A stretch of 51,475 bases of DNA from an uncultured bacterium (GTDB lineage Bacteria; Acidobacteriota; HRBIN11; JAKEFK01): the NCBI GenBank assembly GCA_963777505.1, contig CAVZQN010000002.1:1-51475 (forward strand). The letters are read 5' to 3'. Shown in pieces: positions 28,808 through 37,910 of this stretch. A program made the translations under genes and the position numbers. The notes beneath the pieces were generated by a model that was not told the DNA's origin, did not search any database, and saw only the letters and a list, made by a program, of their open reading frames with translations. Each line of letters opens with the position of its first letter. Positions within the stretch are counted from its first letter, which is position 1.

Positions 28808-29650
28808 TTATCCTGCTGTACGTTTCCGTGTTTTTGCTTGAAGCAAGTTGATGATCAGTAAAAGCAAAAACGAAAGAGCGAGCATCCCAAATGCAAGTGC
28901 CGTTGCGCCAGCATAGTCATAATTTTCAAGACGCCCGACAATTAGCAGCGTTGTAATTTCAGTCTTCATTGGAATATTTCCAGAAATAAAAACAATGGAG
29001 CCATACTCGCCAAGCGCTCTCGCAAATGCGAGGGTAAAACCAGTGAGCATAGCAGGCCAGATTTCGGGAAAAATTATGCGGCGAAGAATCTGTAAACGAT
29101 TCGCGCCCATGCTTGCTGCCATTTCTTCAGTAGACTTGTCGAATTCTGCTAGCACCGGCTGAATTGTGCGAACAACAAATGGCAAACCGACAAATGTTAG
29201 AGCAATCGTAATCCCGAGTTGCGTGTAATTTACGTTGATCCCATTCGGCACAAGAAATTTTCCAATCCAACCGACAGGTGAAAATAACGTTGTCAAAACA
29301 ATCCCGGCTACAGCAGTTGGAAGCGCAAAAGGTAAATCGACTAGCGCATCCATCAGTTCCTTCCCCGGAAAACGATAACGCACCAGAACCCAACCTACAA
29401 TGGATCCAAAAAAAAGATCCACAACGGCTGCATAAAAAGATGTGGCAAAACTGATCTTGAATGCCGAGATCGTCCGCTGCGAAAGCATGATCTTCCAAAA
29501 TTCATCCCATGACATGGAGAAAGTCTTCAACAGAATTGTTGAAAGTGGGATCAGTACGATCAGACTCAAATAAAACAGCGTAAATCCCATCGTTAGCCCA
29601 AAACCAGGCAGAACAGAGGCCTGTGCCGGGCGGGTTCGCGCGTTTGGCAT
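28808..29650 (-). CDS. cysT: Sulfate ABC transporter permease CysT (CysU)
   Basis: VLPGFGLT, DLPFALPTAVAG, ARALGEYGS. Confidence 0.95.
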   Translation of the reverse strand: MPNARTRPAQASVLPGFGLTMGFTLFYLSLIVLIPLSTILLKTFSMSWDEFWKIMLSQRTISAFKISFATSFYAAVVDLFFGSIVGWVLVRYRFPGKELMDALVDLPFALPTAVAGIVLTTLFSPVGWIGKFLVPNGINVNYTQLGITIALTFVGLPFVVRTIQPVLAEFDKSTEEMAASMGANRLQILRRIIFPEIWPAMLTGFTLAFARALGEYGSIVFISGNIPMKTEITTLLIVGRLENYDYAGATALAFGMLALSFLLLLIINLLQAKTRKRTAG

Positions 29651-29656
29651 TCTTAT

Positions 29657-30664
29657 TTATTTTCCAGGCTGGTAGATCTGATCAAAAACCGCACCATCAG
29701 CAAAATGGGTTTCTTGTGCTTTTTTCCAGCTTCCAAAAATCTCATTGATTGTAAACATCTTGAGTTTCGGAAACTTCGACGCATTCTTTGCTTGAATGCT
29801 GGCATTACTGGGACGGTAATGATGTTTTGCCGCTAAATTTTGACCTGTTTCAGTGTACAGATACTCCAGATATGCTTTTGCAACATCGGAAGTTTTATGT
29901 TTCGCTGCGATTTTATCAACAACACTGACCGGTGGTTCCGCAAGAATACTTAAAGAAGGATAAATAATTTCAAAGGAACCTTTGCCGAGTTCGTTTACAG
30001 CAAGCAGAGCTTCGTTCTCCCATGAAATAAATACATCTCCCATTCCACGTTGAACGAATGTCGTTGTCGATCCGCGTGCACCTGAATCGAGAACCGGTAC
30101 ATTCTTATATACCTGACTCACGAATGCTTTTGCTTTCTGATCGTTTCCACCAGGTTGGCGCAATGCATAACCCCAGGCAGCAAGATAATTCCATCTCGCC
30201 CCACCGGAAGTTTTTGGATTCGGAGTTATGACTGAAATTCCTTGACGCGCAAGATCGTTCCAATCTTTAATTTTTTTCGGATTCCCTTTACGCACCAAAA
30301 ACACAATTGTTGATGTGTAAGGTGAACTGTTATTTGGAAGCCGCTTTTGCCAATCTGCCGGAATTAATTGAGCTTTCGCAGCAATCTCATCGATATCATG
30401 AGCAAGAGCAAGCGAAACAACATCTGCTTCTAAACCATCAATTACGGATCTTGCTTGTTTACCTGATCCGCCATGTGACTGATTAATTTCAACCGTCTTA
30501 CCTGTTTTGCCTTTCCAGTATTCAGCAAACTTTGCGTTGAATTCCTGATAAAACTCACGGGTAGGATCATAGGAAACATTTAACATTGTGATATCGGCTG
30601 CTTCCGAAAGACAACTTATTGCGAAAAAGGTCACCAATATTGCGAATAACTTTTGTGTGTTCAT
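29657..30664 (-). CDS. sbp: Periplasmic sulfate-binding protein
   Basis: [45 protein letters not shown]. Confidence 0.95.
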   Translation of the reverse strand: MNTQKLFAILVTFFAISCLSEAADITMLNVSYDPTREFYQEFNAKFAEYWKGKTGKTVEINQSHGGSGKQARSVIDGLEADVVSLALAHDIDEIAAKAQLIPADWQKRLPNNSSPYTSTIVFLVRKGNPKKIKDWNDLARQGISVITPNPKTSGGARWNYLAAWGYALRQPGGNDQKAKAFVSQVYKNVPVLDSGARGSTTTFVQRGMGDVFISWENEALLAVNELGKGSFEIIYPSLSILAEPPVSVVDKIAAKHKTSDVAKAYLEYLYTETGQNLAAKHHYRPSNASIQAKNASKFPKLKMFTINEIFGSWKKAQETHFADGAVFDQIYQPGK

Positions 30665-30674
30665 TGATAGCTCC

Positions 30675-31910
30675 TTAAAATGCGACCTGAAGCCTGGTTA
30701 AGATGGCGTTTTCTGTTTCACGATCACCAGAACCTGTGCCGCCATTAAATTTGGTCCGTTCGTAGTTAAAAACAACTTTTACATTGCGATTCCAGTACCA
30801 GTTAACTCCAGTCGTGAATTGGCGTGCTGATTTAGCTGACTTTGTTGGATCTGCAAAACCCAGAATGAATGCATCTTCATCAATATCCAATTCTGAATAA
30901 CGCAAAGTAAATTGAAGAGTACCCCAGGTTCCTTCGCCTGGATCAAAAGGATGTTCAGGCTCAAAGTTCCTTAGAACTGTTTTTTCTCCTGTTAAATTAA
31001 CGCCACCTGCGATTTGCCACGCCGAATTTCTAACTTCGCCGGATGTCTGAATCCGCGTTATGTCTTGAGAGGATAAGACATATTCGCCGATTATTATTAC
31101 AGGACCGTTAAGGACTTGAAATTGCGGTGAAATTCTATAACTTCTACCATCGGCAAGCGCATCTGAGTTATAGGCAAAAAAATTGATTTGGCTCGGGGTT
31201 CTATAGCCTGATAAAGCACGTGATTGTTCTCCATAAGTGCCTGAAATGCCAAATCCGAATCCTCCAAGAAAAGTAGATTTGGCATTTGGATTAATAAAAA
31301 TTCTTGCGGCGCCATCTTTTCCATCATTTGTATCGACATCTACACTGCTTCCGTCTGCTGTGCCATTCAAAAAAGCGACAGAATAATGTAGAAGTGAATC
31401 ATTTGTATCTCCAGAAACCTGGAGTCCGATATCTCGATTTGGAACTAAACTTGTAGGAAAGGCGCGTGCGACAAATAATAAAGCCGTTGCGGAATATAAC
31501 CTTTCGAGACCGACAGGTGCTTTGAATTTGCCAACACGCACTTTGGCCTGGGGAAAAGTGGTCCATTCAAAATATGCATCTTGAATCGTCGCTGTTCCTG
31601 CACCAAAATCCGGCATAAAACGAAACGCCATGTGTTTGTAGAAAGTCGCATCAATTGTTAATCTCGCACGGGTCAATTGAAAAGTATCGACTCCCGCATT
31701 TGAATCATCGCTCAAAAGGAATCGGGAATCGGCATGGATATAACCGCCAATCTTTAGCGAAAATTTTTGGTCAGGTGATTTAATGACGAAACCCTCTTTA
31801 CCAGCCTGAACTATGACGGAAGAATCTGACTTCTTTTCGTCTGCATGAACGACCGCAATTACTGTTAACATCGCGACAATAGTTGTAAACAAGCCAACCT
31901 TGAATCTCAT
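30675..31910 (-). CDS. OprO/OprP-family anion-selective porin
   Basis: Signal peptide; [25 protein letters not shown], terminal RLQVAF. Confidence 0.85.
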   Translation of the reverse strand: MRFKVGLFTTIVAMLTVIAVVHADEKKSDSSVIVQAGKEGFVIKSPDQKFSLKIGGYIHADSRFLLSDDSNAGVDTFQLTRARLTIDATFYKHMAFRFMPDFGAGTATIQDAYFEWTTFPQAKVRVGKFKAPVGLERLYSATALLFVARAFPTSLVPNRDIGLQVSGDTNDSLLHYSVAFLNGTADGSSVDVDTNDGKDGAARIFINPNAKSTFLGGFGFGISGTYGEQSRALSGYRTPSQINFFAYNSDALADGRSYRISPQFQVLNGPVIIIGEYVLSSQDITRIQTSGEVRNSAWQIAGGVNLTGEKTVLRNFEPEHPFDPGEGTWGTLQFTLRYSELDIDEDAFILGFADPTKSAKSARQFTTGVNWYWNRNVKVVFNYERTKFNGGTGSGDRETENAILTRLQVAF

Positions 31911-31971
31911 TTTGAAACAAACTCCTGAGGTTCATCAGCATCCGCCGGTTGACCGGTAGGTTAGCTTTGGG

Positions 31972-32151
31972 TTAAACGATTTTCTTCGTAATTTTAGTTA
32001 CGTCAGATATTTTGTCTTTTTCAAAACGTATCTTTTCACGGATCTCAATTTGAACAATTCTTGAATCATGAATCGTAATTTCTACGGAGCCGAACCGGAT
32101 TGCATCCAGAGCAGTTACGATCTTTTTCATTTCATTTTCGAAACTATCCAC
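31972..32151 (-). CDS. YezD/OscA-like (DUF2292) small protein, 59 aa (not in ORF track)
   Basis: MDSFENEMKKIVTALDAIRFGSVEITIHDSRIVQIEIREKIRF...; AGGAGG RBS, GTG start; heads the sulfate operon. Confidence 0.85.
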   Translation of the reverse strand: MDSFENEMKKIVTALDAIRFGSVEITIHDSRIVQIEIREKIRFEKDKISDVTKITKKIV

Positions 32152-32173
32152 TGTACGCCTCCTGTACTCCTAA

Positions 32174-32198
32174 AGTCTTGCTTTCTAGTAGAGTTTAT
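32174..32198. promoter_or_regulatory. Candidate Rrf2 box 1 (upstream of yezD-porin-sbp-cysTWA)
   Basis: AGTCT-N10-TAGAGTTTAT; identical ends and spacing to 32652-32676. Confidence 0.65.
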
Positions 32199-32209
32199 CG
32201 GTTCAGATA

Positions 32210-32650
32210 TTAGTGGAATGACCTCTTTTTCATTTGTGTGGATTTTGCCAGTTCAGCTAGTGTTGTTGAATCCAGAATGTTGGAAATCGAGTCGCGGACC
32301 CGCTTCATTACAATCCGGATTGCGCAATTCTTTTCATCTGTACATTCGGCACATTTTTCATAAGCAGTTTCACTCACACATCCAATGGGTGCGAGCGGAC
32401 CGTCCATAATCCTTATGACATGACCGACCCTGATCAGCTCAGAAGGTCTCGCTAAAGAGTATCCGCCGCCTCTTCCCTTTTTACTTTGAAGAATCCCTTC
32501 GTTTTTCAGCTCCAATAAGATCAGTTCCAAGAATTTCTGCGGGATCCGTCCTTTCTTTGCAATCTCTGAAATCAAAACCGGTTCACGATTCTGTTTGTGG
32601 GACAGATAAATCAAGGCGGACAATCCATACTTCGCTTTTTTCGATAACAT
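32210..32650 (-). CDS. Rrf2 family transcriptional regulator with Cys cluster
   Basis: MLSKKAKYG, FLELILLELK, SKKGRGGGY, GCVSETAYEKCAECTDEKNC; start placed at ATG 32650. Confidence 0.92.
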   Translation of the reverse strand: MLSKKAKYGLSALIYLSHKQNREPVLISEIAKKGRIPQKFLELILLELKNEGILQSKKGRGGGYSLARPSELIRVGHVIRIMDGPLAPIGCVSETAYEKCAECTDEKNCAIRIVMKRVRDSISNILDSTTLAELAKSTQMKKRSFH

Positions 32651-32651
32651 C

Positions 32652-32676
32652 AGTCTAGTAACTTGATAGAGTTTAT
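32652..32676. promoter_or_regulatory. Candidate Rrf2 box 2 (autoregulatory)
   Basis: agtctagtaacttgatagagtttat, 1 nt upstream of the rrf2 ATG. Confidence 0.65.
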
Positions 32677-32739
32677 TCAAAAAAATCGTAGAGTCAAGAG
32701 TCTCTTTGCGGCTTTGTGGTTACAGTATAATCATGCATC

Positions 32740-35296
32740 ATGACTTTGAACCAGGGAGACCAGTTAGGTCCGTACGAAATTGAAGCTCCGATTGGCGCAG
32801 GTGGTATGGGAGAAGTATTTCGCGCACGTGATACACGGCTCGGGCGCGAAGTCGCAATTAAGGTTTTGGCTTCAATGCTTGCGAAGGATCCTGACCGCCT
32901 GCGGCGTTTTGAACAAGAAGCTCGCGCTGCAAGTTTGCTGAACCATCCAAACATTCTCAATGTTCATGACATCGGGACGCAAGGTGAAATCCCCTATGTA
33001 GTTTACGAATTACTGGAGGGTGAAAATCTTCGAAGCCGAATGCATTCAACAACCATTTCACCCAAAAAAGCGATCGATCATGCATTACAAGTTGCAAGAG
33101 GATTGGCTGCTGCGCATGAGAAAGGAATTGTTCATCGTGATTTAAAACCTGAAAATCTTTTCATAACACGCGACGGGCACATAAAAATCCTGGACTTTGG
33201 TTTGGCAAAACTAACACAACCTTTGGATTCAGGCTCCGCAAGCAATTTGCAGACCGCAGCAGGAACTGAAGCTGGTGTCATTATGGGCACCGTTGGATAT
33301 ATGTCACCAGAACAAGTTCGCGGTCAGGCCGTCGATCATCGTTCCGACATTTTTTCGTTCGGCGCAATCTTATATGAAATGCTTAATGGCCAACGCGCAT
33401 TTCAAGGTGATTCCACGGTTGAAACGATGAATGCAATCTTGAAAACAGAACCGCCTGAAGTTCGAATCACAAGCGGTGCCACATCATCCTGCAGTGGATC
33501 GAGTTGTCAAACACTGTTTGGAAAAAAATCCGGATGACCGCTTCCAATCGGCTCATGATCTAGCATTCGCACTTGAAACATTATCGAGTATTTCTTCATC
33601 AGAGCTTCCGCAGCAAACATCCGTATCCCCTGCACCAAGAAGAATTTCCTCATCACTGCTTTTTTTGCTAGCACTTCCGTTATTGCTCATTGGGTTGGCT
33701 TCAGGCTACTGGCTTACAAAAAAGAAAGTTCCGGAGGTTCAGCTTCAGCGTTTAACCTTTCAACCAGGAACAATATACAGCGCCCAATTTAGCCCCGATG
33801 GCAAAAACATTTTTTACGGCGCAAGTTGGAATGGTAAACCAACAAAGGTCTATCAAGTTCAACCGGGAATTCCTGAATCATCAACTATCAGCCTGCCAGA
33901 TGCAGATCTCGTTTCAGTATCACCAACAGGTGAACTTTTACTTCTATTGAAACGACGTTTCGTACAAGGTTACGTTACAAGTGCAACTCTAGCGCGTGCT
34001 CCGGTTGCCGGTGGAACGCCCAGGCAAATTATGGAAAATGTGCAAGCAGCCGATTGGCATCCAACAACCGGAGAAATAGCAGTGGCACATGAATTTCGTA
34101 TCGTTGATTATCCATGTGGCAAAAAGTTCTTTGAAACAAAAAACTGGATTAGCTCTCTCCGCTTTTCACCGGATGGTAAAATGATTGCACTTGTTGAACA
34201 CACAACGTTTGGAGACAATGCCGGGTTTATTTCTGTTCTAGATGAAAAAGGAAACTCCAGAGTACTCACAAAAACATTTGGTGCAATTTTAGGGATCGCC
34301 TGGCATCCCCAAAAGCATGAGATTTGGTACACCGCTACATCAGGTGGCGCCAGACTACAGCTCCAAGCAATCACAATGGATGGAAAAAACCGAATTGTTC
34401 ATAGCATCCCAGGAAGTGTTCAGATGCATGACATTTCAGATCAGGGTGATGTTCTTGTTAGTGTAAGCACTTCGCGCCGCGGAATCAGTGCGCTTCCGCC
34501 CGGCGAAACATCAGAACGTGATCTTTCCTGGTTTGATTGGTCTTTCGTAACTGACATAACTCCGGATGGAAAAAAGATTCTATTCATGGAACAAGGCGAA
34601 GGTGCCGGTCAAACTTATGGAACCTATATCCGTGAGACCGATGGTTCACCCGCAGTAAAATTAGGAGAAGGATGGTCAACCCAACTTTCACCTGACGGAA
34701 TGCAAGTTGTTCTCATCTCATATCCGCAGAATGATCAAATCTCATTAATCCCAACAGGTACAGGGCATCCAACAAAGATAGAAAAACACTCAATTGTTAC
34801 GTATGAATGGGTAACCTTTCTTGGTCAGAACAAAGTTTTGTTTGTAGGAAGTGAAAAATCTGTGCCCCAGGGCTTTTATGTACAAGACATTCCTTCAGGG
34901 CAGCCCCGGCTTATTACAAAGGATATTGCAAATATACAATGGGCTGTGTCACCAGATGAAACGCGAGTGATCGCATTATCGGAGGAAGGAAAAGCTATTA
35001 TTTATTCAACTGAAGGAAAATCGTCTGAAATTATTCCAGAAGTCGTAAATATGTTCCCAGTTAAATGGACTGATGAAGACATCATATATTTTGTTCACCA
35101 GGCCGATGTGCCTGCGCGGGTCTACCAGTTCGATCTAAAAACACGCAAACTGACCCTATGGAAAGAACTCGCTCCGCCTGACATCGCCGGCGTTCAATCT
35201 GTAGGCTTGGTAGTGATGGCACCTAAAGCTTCGAGTTACGCGTACAGCTACCGACGAATCCTCTCAGATCTTTATTTGTTTAAAGACTTAAATTAA
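32740..35296 (+). pseudogene. Ser/Thr kinase-TM-TolB/PD40 propeller protein split by an apparent frameshift near 33484 (pseudogene or sequencing error)
   Basis: Kinase subdomains up to DIFSFG in 32740-33537; subdomain XI ([16 protein letters not shown]), TM and FSPDG repeats continue in the shifted frame. Confidence 0.85.
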
Positions 35297-35323
35297 GTTC
35301 AGATTTTTACTTTTACCTTAGAA

Positions 35324-35701
35324 TTAGGTTTTACGACGCAAGTATTGTTTCAGTGCAGTGGCAATTGCATCAGGAACACTTCTGATCTGTTCGTTCCCGG
35401 TATCTACGTTTTTGCTTCCAGCAATACCGGATAGGTGACGGATAATAACTTCAATCCGTTTTAATTCAGGAATTGGTGATGGAAGGCGAAGAAGAAGGGA
35501 ACAAAGCCTGCCGATTGCTTCTACATCTGCAGTAACATCAGAACCACATTTCCCTGCATTAAGAAAAAGTTCAAAGGGACGGCTTTCATCCGTTTCATTG
35601 AGCGTCACGAAGATCGTACCAAACGGGCTTCGAACACGAATTGTCTGGCCTGAAAGAACTCGTGGTCTATCAAATTCATTCCAGTCGTTCGTACTTGCCA
35701 T
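35324..35701 (-). CDS. Stand-alone TSCPD-like domain (C-terminal region of class II ribonucleotide reductase)
   Basis: RPRVLSGQT...SPFGTIFVTLN...PFELF...GKCGS...EAIGRLCSLLLR...RSVPDAIA; start placed at ATG 35701. Confidence 0.75.
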   Translation of the reverse strand: MASTNDWNEFDRPRVLSGQTIRVRSPFGTIFVTLNETDESRPFELFLNAGKCGSDVTADVEAIGRLCSLLLRLPSPIPELKRIEVIIRHLSGIAGSKNVDTGNEQIRSVPDAIATALKQYLRRKT

Positions 35702-35895
35702 GCAATAAGCATAGGCGAAGAAAAAGCGAAAATCAAGTGGAAAATTTTCTACACCGTTTTTGTAAAAGCAGCGACACATTCCACTAACAGCAAGCATATT
35801 TTCGGCGTTAGGGACAGATCCTCATTGTTGTTAAGGAAACCGCAAGTGATGATGCGTCGTGATGATGGGATCTGTCCTTATTAATGGAGGAAACA

Positions 35896-36054
35896 ATGGC
35901 AGATCAAAGAAATCAGTGCTCTCATCCGGGCTGCAGCTGTGCAACCCAACAAGGTAATGCATTTTGTAGTGATTATTGCCGCGACCATGCGTCGGCCGCA
36001 ACCGAAGCAACAGGATGCGGTTGCAATCATCCGGATTGCGGAGACAAAAGCTAA
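35896..36054 (+). CDS. Bacterial metallothionein-like protein, 52 aa (not in ORF track)
   Basis: MADQRNQCSHPGCSCATQQGNAFCSDYCRDHASAATEATGCGCNHPDCGDKS; 8 Cys, 3 His; GGAGG RBS. Confidence 0.85.
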   Translation: MADQRNQCSHPGCSCATQQGNAFCSDYCRDHASAATEATGCGCNHPDCGDKS

Positions 36055-37103
36055 ATCAATTTCAAAAGTTTGTTTAGCTGAAAGGGTGCTGCTTCCATCA
36101 GTTGATCATATGTACACTGTTCAGGGGGTTTATCGGAGCGCCAGCGTTTAAAAGTAGCTGCATGTCGGAATCGATTTCCTTGCATATGATCATATGAAAC
36201 CTCACAAACAAGTTTCGGTCGAACAGCTACCCAGCTTAAATCCTTATCACCGGACCAACGGCTTGGCCCACCGGGCGAACGTCCTTCTCCAAAACCGGAT
36301 TGATCTTCGGTTGTGCGATATTCCTTAAGCATCTTTGCGAGTTCAATGCGTTCCGGTAATTTGAAACTTGAAGTGTGTCCAACATAATTCAAAACACCAT
36401 CTTGATAGAGCCCTAACAATAAGGAGCCGACTGCAACATTCTTTTTGTCTTTAGCCCAGCGAAATCCACCAATAACAACATCCGCAGTCCGCTGACGTTT
36501 TACTTTAATCATCACACGTTCGCCTGGCATATATGGATCGGTCAGCTTCTTGGCAACAATCCCATCCACACCGATTGAATGCTCAAACTTCTCAAACCAT
36601 TTTGTCGCTTTGGAAAAATCGGTGGTTGCCGGACTTACATAGATTGAAGGAGTCGTCGATTTGAAAAACGACTCAAACTTCTTTCGTCTGACCGCGAGCG
36701 ATTTATCCATCAGATTTTGAGTGCCTGTTGTTAGCAAATCAAAAGCTACAAATGATGCCGGAATTGTTGCTGCAAGTTTGCGGATTCGAGATGCTGCCGG
36801 ATGGATCCTGAGTTGAAGCGAATCGAAGTCGAGTCCATCCTCAGACGGAATTACAATTTCACCATCAACAATGCATGGACCCGGGAGTTTTGATTTCAGA
36901 TTCTCTTCAAGCTCAGGAAAATACACATTCAACGGTTTCAGGTCACGGCTTTGGATAAACATATTTTTACCGTCCCAAAATACGATAGATCTGAAACCAT
37001 CGTATTTCAGTTCGTAAAGCCACTCCTTTCCTTTCGGAATTTCTCTGGAAAGCAACGCAAGCATTGGAGGAATCGGCGGCTTTACAGGAAGTTTCAAACG
37101 CAT
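36051..37103 (-). CDS. ligC: ATP-dependent DNA ligase, LigC-type
   Basis: PMLA, ELKYDGFR, DGEIV, AFDLL, VGSLLLGLY, RFRH..F.RWR.DK. Confidence 0.88.
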   Translation of the reverse strand: MRLKLPVKPPIPPMLALLSREIPKGKEWLYELKYDGFRSIVFWDGKNMFIQSRDLKPLNVYFPELEENLKSKLPGPCIVDGEIVIPSEDGLDFDSLQLRIHPAASRIRKLAATIPASFVAFDLLTTGTQNLMDKSLAVRRKKFESFFKSTTPSIYVSPATTDFSKATKWFEKFEHSIGVDGIVAKKLTDPYMPGERVMIKVKRQRTADVVIGGFRWAKDKKNVAVGSLLLGLYQDGVLNYVGHTSSFKLPERIELAKMLKEYRTTEDQSGFGEGRSPGGPSRWSGDKDLSWVAVRPKLVCEVSYDHMQGNRFRHAATFKRWRSDKPPEQCTYDQLMEAAPFQLNKLLKLI

Positions 37104-37185
37104 ATATGAACGATAGTTTGTTCCTGGATACGTGTCCAGAATAATTTTCTCAGCGCCTTGCTATTTTTTCTCAGCGTCTTTGCGG

Positions 37186-37509
37186 TTAAATACTAATCGG
37201 TGTGAAATGCGGAAACTGATTTTTTATTTCTTCCAGGCTATCTAAAGTAGGAAGGTCGGCAATTTTTCCCATCGCTTCCCAAACTTTTGCCACTTCAGGA
37301 TGCTGATGTGCAAGTCCAGCCGATTCCCCTGTACGCCATTCGAAAATTTCGATATATGTTCCATTTTTTGATTTCACCAGAACTATTGGACGGTCAGTGA
37401 TCAACTCAAGCCTTCGTAAAGTGGGGGCATGTTGTGCAATTAATTTTTCAAGCTCGGCATCTTTTCCTTCATGGGGACGATACAGCGCAAATACGATTTC
37501 GGGTTTCAT
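37186..37509 (-). CDS. Hypothetical protein (possible dimeric alpha-beta barrel)
   Basis: YRPHEGK...YIEIFEW...AHQHPEVAKVW; overlaps the ArsR stop by 4 nt. Confidence 0.7.
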   Translation of the reverse strand: MKPEIVFALYRPHEGKDAELEKLIAQHAPTLRRLELITDRPIVLVKSKNGTYIEIFEWRTGESAGLAHQHPEVAKVWEAMGKIADLPTLDSLEEIKNQFPHFTPISI

Positions 37510-37826
37510 TTTTTACTCCTTTGTGGTGGCAGTTCGAACCAATTCAGCCATCCGCTGACCACCTCGCGGACACGCTCGGTTTGAAGAACGTAAACCCATT
37601 CACGGCCCCGTTTATCAACACGAACAAGACCTGCATCTTCCAGAATTCGCAAGTGACGGGTAGTCGTGGGCCATGTACAGGAAAATCTTCCAGCAATCTC
37701 TCCTGCTGTCATGCTGCCGCCACGAGCATTGAGTACGATTAAGATGTGACGACGTGAAGCGTGAGCTAACGCCTTAAATACAACTTCGAGATCTTCAAGC
37801 TCCTTTAACCCACGAGCTTTTGTCAT
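37506..37826 (-). CDS. ArsR/SmtB family transcriptional regulator
   Basis: VFKALAHASRRHIL...MTAGEIA...HLRILEDAGLV...KRGR. Confidence 0.92.
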   Translation of the reverse strand: MTKARGLKELEDLEVVFKALAHASRRHILIVLNARGGSMTAGEIAGRFSCTWPTTTRHLRILEDAGLVRVDKRGREWVYVLQTERVREVVSGWLNWFELPPQRSKK

Positions 37827-37875
37827 TTAGCAAACCAGCTAAATAATATCATGATATTTAGCAAAATGGCAAAGT
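37825..37875. promoter_or_regulatory. Candidate ArsR operator pair
   Basis: ATTTAGC-N6-GCTAAAT (37825-37844) overlaps the ATG; degenerate copy at 37856-37875. Confidence 0.65.
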
Positions 37876-37910
37876 ATTTTTTTGGTGTTAAAATTCCGTT
37901 AATCTCGATC

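Noticed and set aside
13797-33540. Programmed ribosomal frameshifting at the two split genes
   Set aside because: No slippery heptamer or evident stimulatory structure at either site; an indel or sequencing error is simpler.
35939-36151. 70-aa ORF in the track
   Set aside because: Shadow frame of the metallothionein-like gene and antisense to the ligase.
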